From Caldithrix sp. (GTDB lineage Bacteria > Zhuqueibacterota > Zhuqueibacteria > Thermofontimicrobiales > Sulfurfontimicrobiaceae): a stretch of 64,000 nt of DNA. The stretch is from positions 9,774 through 73,773 of the forward strand of contig DYKB01000026.1 of NCBI GenBank assembly GCA_020722815.1, given 5' to 3'. Shown piece by piece: positions 1 to 9,349 of this stretch. Position 1 is the first letter of the stretch. Every line of letters starts with the position of its first letter. The notes under the pieces were generated by a model. It saw only the letters and a list, made by a program, of their open reading frames with translations. It had not been told where the DNA came from and searched no databases. A program made the translations under genes and the position numbers.

Positions 1-645
1 GTTGACCGTATCAGAAAGGAGCCCGCTCCAGATATTATCATACGGCGAGGCAGAAGTGACGGCATCCAACCCATCGGATTTCAGTCGTGAAACACCGCCC
101 CCCAATGTCCCCAGATATTTCCAGCCATTACTGGCAAGGCCGATTGCCTGAATCACATTATGATAGAGATAGTTCTGAAGTGTGAAAGATTCCCATTTTT
201 GACCATCGAAGGCAGACAGCCCTTTATTGGTTCCAAACCATTTGACGTGTTTTTCATCAATTGCAACCGAGAGCACCCTATTTGAAAGGAGCGCTGAATT
301 ATTCTCGCGATAATGCGGCCAGAAAATTAATTGATCCAGTAAAGTGATTTTGGATATACCGGAAGTCGTTCCGATCCAGAGGAAACCCGTGGTATCGACG
401 ACTTCATGGACGATTTGTTGAATATTGGGCAGAATGACACTATCCACTGTGGAGAGCGTCGTCCAGTTTGCTCCATCAAATTTGGTGAGATAATTGGGCG
501 TTGCAAACCATTTGTTGCCATTTTTATCGATTGTAATCGATCGGACTTCATTTTCCGGCAGGGGAGAGGTTTCGTTATTAAAAGTGCGCCACTCCTGGGC
601 AAACATGAGTTGCATCAGTGAGATTAAGATAAGAAATGTTCGCAT
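1..645 (-). CDS. Secreted beta-propeller repeat protein (two-component-regulator-propeller / Reg_prop-like repeats); 5' part only, continues past the left edge
   Basis: Absent from the ORF track because no stop lies in the window. The reverse complement from ATG 645..643 is open to base 1 (215 codons): MRTFLILISLMQLMFAQEWRTFNNETSPLPENEVRSITIDKNGNKWFATPNYLTKFDG... It has a signal-peptide-like N-terminus followed by repeated xxW(F/I)G(T)xxG(L/I)S units. Track ORFs 327..602(-) and 406..621(+) are in other frames. Confidence 0.6.
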   Translation of the reverse strand, partial: MRTFLILISLMQLMFAQEWRTFNNETSPLPENEVRSITIDKNGNKWFATPNYLTKFDGANWTTLSTVDSVILPNIQQIVHEVVDTTGFLWIGTTSGISKITLLDQLIFWPHYRENNSALLSNRVLSVAIDEKHVKWFGTNKGLSAFDGQKWESFTLQNYLYHNVIQAIGLASNGWKYLGTLGGGVSRLKSDGLDAVTSASPYDNIWSGLLSDTVN

Positions 646-697
646 AGTATTTAATTCCATTTCCTTTTTTTTATAATCATCAGTAATGGAAACCCGA

Positions 698-735
698 AGC
701 CCTCACCCTCAGGGAGAGGATTGGGGTGAGGGCTT
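698..735. repeat. Palindromic intergenic repeat, family A (CCCTCACCC...GGGTGAGGG hairpin)
   Basis: aagccctcaccc (698-709) pairs with gggtgagggctt (724-735), with an inner cctc/gagg pairing. Related copies are at 3964-4040 and 51658-51726. It lies just downstream of the 857..2851 gene. Confidence 0.7.
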
Positions 736-856
736 TGAGTGTGGTTTAATAATGAATCATTTAATTAATATAAAAAGGGTACCGTAGAGAAATTTTAATA
801 AAAAATCTCGTTTCTGTGTGTAACGACAGAAACGATATCTGGATCACTAATTGTTA

Positions 857-2851
857 TTATTTAATTAAGGACATTGTTTTTGTTGAAGTTATATTCCCGT
901 TCGCCGTCAAACGATACATATAAGTTCCACTTACTACTGGCTGATCATTCATATCGCGTCCATCCCAAACAACCTGATGATTGCCAGGTGATTGAACGCC
1001 GGCGGCTAATACGCTAACCAATTGACCCTGTAAATTATAAACTTCCAGTTTCACATCCGCAGCGTGGGGAAGAGTATATTCAATTGATGTTGATGGGTTA
1101 AATGGATTCGGATAATTATTGGAAAGCGTAAATCCATCCGGCAAAATATCAGTTGCAACTTCATGAACAGCGGTTTTGGTATTCAAATAAACCAATTCAA
1201 TTCCCTTTCCTGTACCGAGATTGCGGGAATATTGCTTATCTTTCTCATTATTCCAGTGTTCATAGACCCCCAGACTGCCAATAGGGGTTCCATCATTATC
1301 CGGATCATAAACAATGCCATCCGGCCAATACGCTTTGTCAGCAGCCTGCATCAGATAGTCGTTGGTGCCTTCCATTTGAACCCAAATATCTTCACCTGTT
1401 GTAAATTCGGCTTTCAGGAAGTCATAGCATACAGATTCAAGGGCGACTTGATCCTGCGACATCAGGATCGATGATGGATAATCACCATTAAAGGGATTTA
1501 GATTCCATTTAACAGGGCGTTTTAGTTCGTGCCGGGCCGTCCAGAGACCGTCTATGACGAACAGGAGCGTATTCCCCCCCAGATATTTATTTCCCATAAT
1601 GTCCACCAGAACCCGATAGGAACGCATTTTATTCCGTTGGGGAACGCCATCTTCCGGATAAACCAGGCCATAATGCAAGTGATCCGCTCCCGGTCGCGAT
1701 TGTGAGCCAAAGTGATTTTTGGCACATAACGTAATACCGCCCCGGATATGACCTTTCAAACTGGAAATATTAATCATATAATCCGCTTCAGTAATGACGG
1801 TATAAAGTTTGTCTTCTAATACCGGCGTGGGATCGCCTTTGGAAATTCGTAAGACGGTGCCTTTATCAGAGTAGAAAAGGACTGGCTTATCGGTTTGTTT
1901 AACCTGAACGCGCCCCAGTTTTGCATCATGATCAATATATTTGACATTTGGGAATTCTTTGGTCCAGAGGTCCCAGCAATGTTTGTAAATATGCTTCATG
2001 GGATCGCCCACCGAAATATCTTCCTGGGCAATGCCACATTTATTAACCAGTTGACGGAGAAATGCCAGTACCACATGAGGCGAGGTTTCAACCAGTCCAT
2101 AATAACTATTTTTGGCTACCGAATAATCCGATTTGATATTTCCCCAAACTTCTCCAAAGCCCCAGGCACTGGTGACGTTGATTTTTATAAAAATCTTTTC
2201 GCCAGGCTGATAGCCACGGGCAGTGCCATGTTTCTGCCGGTTAAAATAGTTAAATATGGCATCCCAGGCTTCTTTTTCGTCAGATTTTCCGGCGATATTT
2301 TGAATGGATTGGGAGACCATATTATCAATGGCGGTCATATTATTGTTTTTTTCTAAAAACCAGGCATCTGAATTGGAGGGAATAAATTTTTCATTGGTGG
2401 CATCGGGATTGTGCGCCCAGACAACACGGCCTGGAAAAATGCCGCTCGCTTCACCAATTGGTGCATTCGAAGGAACAGGTGAGGCGAAATTGAAAGCCAG
2501 GGCCGGCGTACCTGAATTTTGCATGGTCAAAATACCAGCCAGAATGCCAATAACCAGAAAAGCGCCTGCAATTAAATAACGTGCTTCATAAAAACGTCGT
2601 TTGGCTTTCGAGAATGCGAAGATGGAAGCTGCTAATCCAAGAAGATAGGCGACAAAACCGGACGCCAGCGGCGCTGCTACCCGCATACAGGGGTAAGTTG
2701 CCCGACTGGGCTTGGGAATGACACGAACCAAAAACCAGATTAAAGACGCGAATCCCACGAAGGGAATGAGTAATTTTTGAATTAACTCAGAAATATTATT
2801 TTTATGGAAGAAAGAACGTATTGTTTCTCCTAGATGATGAGAATGATGCAT
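857..2851 (-). CDS. DUF362-like domain protein with N-terminal membrane anchor and T9SS C-terminal sorting domain
   Basis: 664-aa ORF. It has N-terminal hydrophobic helices. DUF362-type motifs are present (KIFIKINVTSAW; SSLKGHIRGGITLCAKNHFGS). The C-terminus NYPNPFNPSTSIEYTLP...GTYMYRLTANG...MSLIK is typical of T9SS tails. Confidence 0.7.
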   Translation of the reverse strand: MHHSHHLGETIRSFFHKNNISELIQKLLIPFVGFASLIWFLVRVIPKPSRATYPCMRVAAPLASGFVAYLLGLAASIFAFSKAKRRFYEARYLIAGAFLVIGILAGILTMQNSGTPALAFNFASPVPSNAPIGEASGIFPGRVVWAHNPDATNEKFIPSNSDAWFLEKNNNMTAIDNMVSQSIQNIAGKSDEKEAWDAIFNYFNRQKHGTARGYQPGEKIFIKINVTSAWGFGEVWGNIKSDYSVAKNSYYGLVETSPHVVLAFLRQLVNKCGIAQEDISVGDPMKHIYKHCWDLWTKEFPNVKYIDHDAKLGRVQVKQTDKPVLFYSDKGTVLRISKGDPTPVLEDKLYTVITEADYMINISSLKGHIRGGITLCAKNHFGSQSRPGADHLHYGLVYPEDGVPQRNKMRSYRVLVDIMGNKYLGGNTLLFVIDGLWTARHELKRPVKWNLNPFNGDYPSSILMSQDQVALESVCYDFLKAEFTTGEDIWVQMEGTNDYLMQAADKAYWPDGIVYDPDNDGTPIGSLGVYEHWNNEKDKQYSRNLGTGKGIELVYLNTKTAVHEVATDILPDGFTLSNNYPNPFNPSTSIEYTLPHAADVKLEVYNLQGQLVSVLAAGVQSPGNHQVVWDGRDMNDQPVVSGTYMYRLTANGNITSTKTMSLIK

Positions 2852-3107
2852 GATAAACCTCCTTAAAATTAAGGATTAACGATGCAAAGCGAGTACAGAT
2901 TAACTTTATAGCCGGCCGGCGGTTAGTTTTTTAGAAAGAGATTAACCACCTAAATAACGGGCCGCTTAATCGCTAAATTAGAAAAAGAGCCCAACACGAG
3001 CATTATATAATGAATTTTTTTTGAAAGAGGAGAAAAGTAACTGAATCTGTTATTTCCTGCTTTTTATTGCGAAAGTATTAAATTTCTTGTTTTTGAACCG
3101 CCGCACA

Positions 3108-3513
3108 CTATTTTGTTTTAATTTCAACCGGATATAGTTTTATTTTACTATGAATATCTCTATAAAAAAGCCATTGCCGCATGGCCTGTTCTTTTCGATC
3201 TTTTATATAACGCTGAAAATGTTCATTTTTTTAGTGCACTTTCCTGTTCAGCTTGGAGCGCCAGGAATTTTTCAGCAATTAATGAATTTAGCATAATTTT
3301 TTGATGAATGTTGTTGTCACTTTTACAATAAGTGGGTCGAATCGTATATTCGACCCGTTCAATGTACTCATTTACCGAAATTGAACGGTTACCAATTTTT
3401 GCCAGTATTTTTTCTGGCGGAATTTCCGTTTGATTCGGTGTGCAGAAAATAAACAGGGAAAAAGTGAAGACACCCAGGGTGGAAATTTGAATTTTTTTAC
3501 ACAAAACTTGCAT
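3108..3513 (-). pseudogene. Remnant of a SurA/PpiD-like periplasmic chaperone/PPIase gene (N-terminal part only, frameshifted)
   Basis: The track ORF 3223..3513 (96 aa) has a signal peptide plus KIGNRSISVNEYIERVEY...LNSLIAEKFL, like SurA N-terminal domains. It stops inside a T7 run (3226-3232). Shifting one frame continues NEHFQRYIKDRKEQAMRQWLFYRD... to a TAG at 3108-3110. No PPIase domain follows. Confidence 0.5.
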
Positions 3514-3736
3514 TGATAGTGATTACCTTTTTCAGCCATACGGTGAGGATTTCCATCTTTTCAAGTCCATCTGAATAGTTAGTTCCACCAAATTCTTTTT
3601 TATAATTCATCACCATGTCTGAAATGATGACGATTTAAATTTTCACCTGCCTGCTACAATAAAACGCGCCAGGAAACCAAAGCGATCTCCTGGATGCGTT
3701 TTCATTAATTTCACTAAAAGCAGAAACTTAATTAGA

Positions 3737-3846
3737 GTCTGTCCGAAATTGTAGGACAAATTGTTAATTTGTCCGAATCGAATGCCTGATACAAGCTTTA
3801 TACCGGGCAAATTGGCAATTTGCTCTACAAAAATGTGTTTTCGGAT
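3737..3846. repeat. Nested palindromic repeat, family D core inside GTCTGTCCGAAA termini
   Basis: Left terminus gtctgtccgaaa (3737-3748) and right terminus ttttcggat (3838-3846). Inner arms are ttgtaggacaaattgttaatttgtccg and cgggcaaattggcaatttgctctacaa. The same termini flank the family B cores at 34691 and 63827. Confidence 0.7.
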
Positions 3847-3963
3847 TTAGAAGAATTTGACCCACCCCTAAATCACATAGCTGTCAGGTTAGGCATCTAT
3901 TTTATTTAAAAACAAGATGTTGTATATATATACAAGAGCCATCGTGGTTTTTGGTTTTTTTTG

Positions 3964-4040
3964 CCCTCACCCCAACCCTCTCCCCGGGGGAAAAAGCGTA
4001 ACGATCGCCTCTCCCTCTCTGGGAGAGGGTTAGGATGAGG
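3964..4040. repeat. Palindromic intergenic repeat, family A (long form)
   Basis: ccctcaccccaaccctctcc (3964-3983) pairs with ggagagggttaggatgagg (4022-4040). It contains an internal ccctctct-ggg-agaggg hairpin. Confidence 0.7.
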
Positions 4041-4221
4041 ATTTTAGGATAACTCTGATAAAATATCCGAAAACCATTTCGGCTTCAGTATAGTAAAAAA
4101 TCGAAGAGTACCTGACATTCGAGCCATATCTCAACCCGTTCAAAAAGTGGAACAGTGTAGCTATTCTCTCCAAACAGGAGAAGATTAAGGTGATGGCCGT
4201 TTTTAAATGAACTCACATATT

Positions 4222-4259
4222 GAAAAATATCGCCCTTTAGCGTATTCCACCAAAGGGCG
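4222..4259 (-). terminator. Rho-independent terminator of the 4304..6145 gene
   Basis: The stem is cgcccttt (4231-4238) with aaagggcg (4252-4259). On the minus strand it is followed by AUAUUUUU. Confidence 0.6.
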
Positions 4260-4303
4260 GGATTCAGAAGACAATGAACAAATTATGGATAGAAAGATAA
4301 TAA

Positions 4304-6145
4304 TTACTTCATTAACATCATCTTACGCGTAATTGTCTGATCGCCGGCTTTCAGTTGATAGAAATACACGCCAGAGGACATATCTTTCGCATCAAAGGAA
4401 ACACGATGTTTACCAGCAGCTTTGGTCGCGTTCAAAATTGTGGTAATTTCAGAACCCAATATATTGTAAACTTTCAATTCGACCTGGCTCTTTTTATTAA
4501 GCGTAAAGGTAATTGAAGTCGTTGGGTTGAAAGGATTGGGATAGTTTTGCTCTAATTCAAAATCAACCAGTTTCGCTGTTACACTGGTATTAACGTCGGC
4601 AACATACTCAATTCCTGGCCACCATTGCAAAGAGCCAACTGGTTTGCCATCAATACCGGCTGTTTTTAATGTCGTATTGGTATAACCCAAATCATAATCC
4701 AGCGGCCATGTAAATGCCAGATAATCGGCAACATTGTGCCATTTTACAGGATTCGCAACCGTGCCACCAGCCCACTCGGTTCGGATATTGATACTATTTT
4801 GTGCCAGCGCCACATCACAATCATTCATATCAATAATGCCAGGATCTTCGTTCATGGTGTTTTCTTCAACAAAATATTTGAAGGGTTTATGTGTTTGGGG
4901 CACAATAGTAGAGTCCACAATATGTAACCCCTTTTTATCCTTAGGATTTTGACCAACTATATTCCCGGCTGTATCTGCCCATGTATAAACCTTAAGATCC
5001 CACGTCCAACTTTCGGTATCATTCGCATGGGCAAACATCGCCTTATTATAATTATTCATCCAGGGATTCGGCGTTACATTTGGAAACTGAGCCCAATAAT
5101 CAATAATCGGTTGGGTGTAGTACCAACAGTTGTTCTTTAGTTCCCACATCTGTTCTTCGGGGATTAAAGTGCCATCGCCGTCGGGATCATACGTTTTACC
5201 ATAAACACCACCAGGTCCATACAGAGAGTCAAGTGTCTGGGGATCCCACTGGATTTCGGCATAGTTCATCAGACCTTTTACTTCAACATCAAAATGTCTT
5301 GCTATTTCATCATTGTCATCGGAGAAGGCATGACAGTTGACAAAAAGGTTATTTGTATAACGTCGCAGAACATGTCGATGACTATCAATTGGATGTACCA
5401 CACTATTGACAAAGGTACAATGGTCAACTTCAGTATAGAAATTGCCATTATCGCCCGGTGCAACAGCAAAACAGCCGAAATCGAAGAATGTAGAATTGCG
5501 GACAATCATTGAATCAGCATGAAGTGCATTTGAAATCGCGCCATTCCAGGTCGTGCCGGTGGGATTGCCAACATACTGAAAGATACAGTTGGTGAGTTTA
5601 TATTTATTCATACCACCCCAATCGGCAAAGGTTGCCCACCAGGTATAGGGGTATTCAATAATACAGCCATCATACCAGATTGTTTTTCCGGTTGTGTTCA
5701 CTTCCTGGGCAATCCAGTTAATCGGTCCCGTACCGTCCAGGTTAACACCACTCATCCAGAGGTTTTTAAAAGTAGCGTGATCATATAATTGCCACCAAAG
5801 ATTAACTGCACTACCATCCGGTTTTAATCCACCACGAATGATAGGAGGTCTGTTTTCGTTTGTCGGCTTATCTGCAACGAGTACTAATGGAAAATCACCC
5901 TGGATAACTTCGGTTAAAATATATTGTGCATTGGGGAGCAGTTTGTACACTTTATGAGCTCTTTCGCCGGTAGCCGTTGTGTCAGCCTTCAACGCTTCAT
6001 TTAAAGCACCGATTGGTTGCTGGGTAACCTCACTAATCGGACCAATGATCAAAGTATCCCCTTTTGATTCCTTTTGAGCAAACAGCATGGTGCTACAAAG
6101 CAGTAGAGCTAATACGATCACTGATAATACTAACGTTCTTTTCAT
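4304..6145 (-). CDS. Secreted parallel-beta-helix-like protein (possible polysaccharide lyase/hydrolase) with T9SS C-terminal sorting domain
   Basis: 613-aa ORF with a signal peptide (MKRTLVLSVIVLALLLCSTMLFAQ). It has repeated N-x-I/F-x-x-V/G beta-helix-like turns (TNCIFQYVGN, VRNSTFFDFG, DHCTFVNSV, TNNLFVNCH). The C-terminus is NYPNPFNPTTSITFTL...GVYFYQLKAG...MMLMK. Confidence 0.65.
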   Translation of the reverse strand: MKRTLVLSVIVLALLLCSTMLFAQKESKGDTLIIGPISEVTQQPIGALNEALKADTTATGERAHKVYKLLPNAQYILTEVIQGDFPLVLVADKPTNENRPPIIRGGLKPDGSAVNLWWQLYDHATFKNLWMSGVNLDGTGPINWIAQEVNTTGKTIWYDGCIIEYPYTWWATFADWGGMNKYKLTNCIFQYVGNPTGTTWNGAISNALHADSMIVRNSTFFDFGCFAVAPGDNGNFYTEVDHCTFVNSVVHPIDSHRHVLRRYTNNLFVNCHAFSDDNDEIARHFDVEVKGLMNYAEIQWDPQTLDSLYGPGGVYGKTYDPDGDGTLIPEEQMWELKNNCWYYTQPIIDYWAQFPNVTPNPWMNNYNKAMFAHANDTESWTWDLKVYTWADTAGNIVGQNPKDKKGLHIVDSTIVPQTHKPFKYFVEENTMNEDPGIIDMNDCDVALAQNSINIRTEWAGGTVANPVKWHNVADYLAFTWPLDYDLGYTNTTLKTAGIDGKPVGSLQWWPGIEYVADVNTSVTAKLVDFELEQNYPNPFNPTTSITFTLNKKSQVELKVYNILGSEITTILNATKAAGKHRVSFDAKDMSSGVYFYQLKAGDQTITRKMMLMK

Positions 6146-6354
6146 TTGTTGACTCCTTAATGTTTGTTTTCATCAATTAAACTTTTTTCAATTTAAAAAA
6201 ACAGGATTGATCTGTTTGGTTAGTTTAGCTTTTATCACCTGCCTTTCTGATTTTATGGTGCGTTTCGGTTAATTATACAACTCCTTATTTAAATCACCTC
6301 CCCTTATAAAATCGTTATGGTACCTTTTGATTATTGTCATAATTTAAGCAAGAG

Positions 6355-9302
6355 TTAAAATTGATACCTCAACCCGACATTACCATTTCGGCCGTAATCT
6401 TCAATATAGCTGGCGAAATCTTTATGGTTTATGACATTTTTTTCGATTGCATTGGTTAAATTATTGATATTAAGGAAAAATTCCAATCCTTTGACCGGTA
6501 ACTGCTGCTTGACCGCCAGATCATAGCGATAAAAATCAGTGGAATAACCCCTCAGGGCTTCATACCAGTTGGATGACGCGAAAATGTGTGATTTGTATCG
6601 CATGGCCCAGCGAATTGAAAAGCCTTTATAATCGTATCCCAACGTGAGGTTTAATAAATGATCTGGCTGTTGAATCATCGGACTGGAATAGGTGGTATCT
6701 TCGTTCACCAAAGTTGTCCGATATGTTTTGGGATCAACCTGTACGATAATTCTGGTTCTCAGATACTCGGCTTCAGATTTATTACGGGTATAATTCATAT
6801 TCAAAACCAGACCTCTTAATAAACCCGGTAAATACCAGAAGTTCGATTGCCATTCAACTTCATAGCCATAATTATAGGCAGGGAATTCATTGTTTATGGC
6901 GTAAGCAGCGCGCTGACGATTCATAATCGTTGGTAATTCAAAAAAGGCAATATCGGTAATTGCTTTCTGGCCAGTCCAGAAGATCATATCGGTAATCTTT
7001 TTATAAAATGCACCAAAAGAGAATAATCCGATTTTATTCGAGTGGGCAGACATCTGGATATCCCAGTTTCGGGATAATTCCGGTTTCAATCGGAAGTTAC
7101 TCAGATTGTCAATTTGTCCCTGATTGCTAATCACCCAGCCTGGCATGATATTATTATAGTTGGGTCGTTGCAGCGTATGCGTATAACCCGCTTTAAAGGT
7201 CAACCAGTTTGTCGGTTTGTAAAAAGCTTGGATCATGGGGAGAAAGAATTCATTGTCACGCACCCTGGTAACCGTATCGATTGGGGTAGGGGTCCAGTTC
7301 CTTAAAACGCCTAGCCGATTGCCGCGGTAGCCAGTATATTCTGTCCGGTTCGCTTCATAACGGACACCCGGCACAATCAAAAAACTGGAGCCGATATTGA
7401 TTTCCGGCATTAAGTAGAAAGCATGATAGTCTTCGGTGCCATGGTAATCGAAATAATGCGTATTGACATAATTTGGCAAAACGAGTTCCCACAGATTTAT
7501 AAGGGCGCGATCCGGATCATAGGTTTTCATCGCCAGTTCATCAATCCGGCGAAACTTTTCCTTATCAAATACAGGACTAAAACGATATCTTCCGTTAAGA
7601 AAATTTTCTTCGCGATAATCCGGGTCGATAAAATTTTCCAGATATAAAAATTGATCATTTGCGGCAAACGAATTCTTGGTCCGCGAACTCAGCTCATTTT
7701 CATAAGTGTTATAGACTAAATCCAGGTAATATTCACCACTAATTGACATGGACTCGTTGTCGTATTCTTTTGTTTTATGCTTATATTTGCCACCCAGACT
7801 TAATTTTACTTTTATTTGATTGGTAATATTAAAATTATAGGTCATGTTGATTTCTGCCGCCAGATCCCGTTCACGTGTTTCACTTTCATTGTGAGTCATA
7901 CTTCCCAGGTACATAAAATTTACGGCATCATCCATTGAGATTGCCAGTGAGTCCGGAATTGTTTCCGGATCCAGATTCACGTTATAATTAGACTTTCTAT
8001 TCGTTGGAAAAGGATTCGTTGGAGAATTACCGTTGGTTGAAGTCATTCGTCTGGGTAAAATATTTTCGGAATAAGAATGGCTCAAGATTGAATTAATTTC
8101 CCAATTTCTCCAGCGCTGGTCAATCTGTAAAGAGTTGGTCAATACCGTAAGCCATCTTTCGGGGGTATCCGTATAACCTATTGAAAAGCCCTGTTCCCAA
8201 AATCATAGGTGTTGGTATTCTGTGTTTCTTCACGTTTTATACGACTATAAAAATTGGAAGATTTAATGACAGTTGATGGCAAGGCAAAATCCAAAACCAT
8301 CGCACCGCCTAATCGTTGAACATTTCTGAAAATATCCATTAATTGAACATGATTGGTTTTCACCGGGGCATTTTCGTTTTCCTGAGCGAACCAAACATTT
8401 CCCAACTGCTGAGAGCCGGCATCTTTTTCTTCGTAATCTGCCTGTGCATAAATCCCCAGTAAATTCGCATAAAAACGGTTACTAACCCCCGCAGAGACTT
8501 TGAAATCCTGATAGGTGTTTCGCAAACTATTGTAACCACCCTGAGCGATAGCATTAAATGTCAAACCTTCGGGCGCTTTCTTGATCCGGAAATTGACAAT
8601 GCCGCCGGTGGCAGTTGCCTCCTGATTGGCCATGACTGATTTGGTTAACTCAATCCCATCGAGCATGTAGGGCGAAATCATACTCAAATCAGTGCTCCGA
8701 TCTCCTTCGCCAGTTGCCGTCATATTGACGCCATCAATCTGAATCAATGAATATTTTGACGCCATTCCACGAATTACCACTTTCGTTCCTTCACCACCAC
8801 TTCGCTCCAGGGAGACACCGGGAAGTCGTCCGACCGCTTCGGCGGCATTCGCTTCAGGCAACTCTTCGATCTGTTTTTTGGAGACAATGTTTTTAATCGT
8901 TCTTGAAGACAACTGTTGGTTTATCGCTTGCATTTGACCTTCGGCCTGTGCGGTCACCATTACAGCTTCCCCTTCTACCACCTGGGGCTTCATTCTTATG
9001 TCATATTTTATCTTCTCGTCGACACTGATCTGAATGGTAAAGGTTAGCGATTCGTAACCAATATATCGGGCAATAACTTCATACCTCCCGGGGGGCACAT
9101 TCGAGATAACATAATTACCATCGATGTTGGAAGCGGTCCCAATGCTCGTCCCTTTCAAAAAAATGTTTGCGCCGGGGAGAGCATGACCCGTTTCAAAATC
9201 AGTAACACGTCCTGAAATGCTCCCGGTCCGCGCACTAACATTTCCAATTCTAAATAACAATGACAAGACAACAAGTAATAAAATTGAACATTTTTTATAC
9301 AT
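6355..9302 (-). pseudogene. TonB-dependent receptor, tandem paralog of 9350..12310, split by a 1-nt frameshift near 8196-8199
   Basis: Track ORFs 8178..9302 (374 aa) and 6355..8142 (595 aa) align colinearly with residues 1-~385 and ~392-986 of the 986-aa neighbour. At the junction, YDFGNRAFQ* in one frame continues as EQGFSIGYTDTPERWLTVLTNSLQID in the next frame. The intact copy reads YDFTQQGFALNYSDTPESWLTVLTNSLQID. Confidence 0.8.
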
Positions 9303-9349
9303 GATGGTAGCCCTTTATACGAAAAATCTTTACCGCCATTAACCAAACA

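Noticed and set aside
327-621. Track ORFs 327..602(-) and 406..621(+)
   Set aside because: Both are out of frame with the longer open frame 645..1 on the minus strand, which has a signal peptide and propeller repeats.
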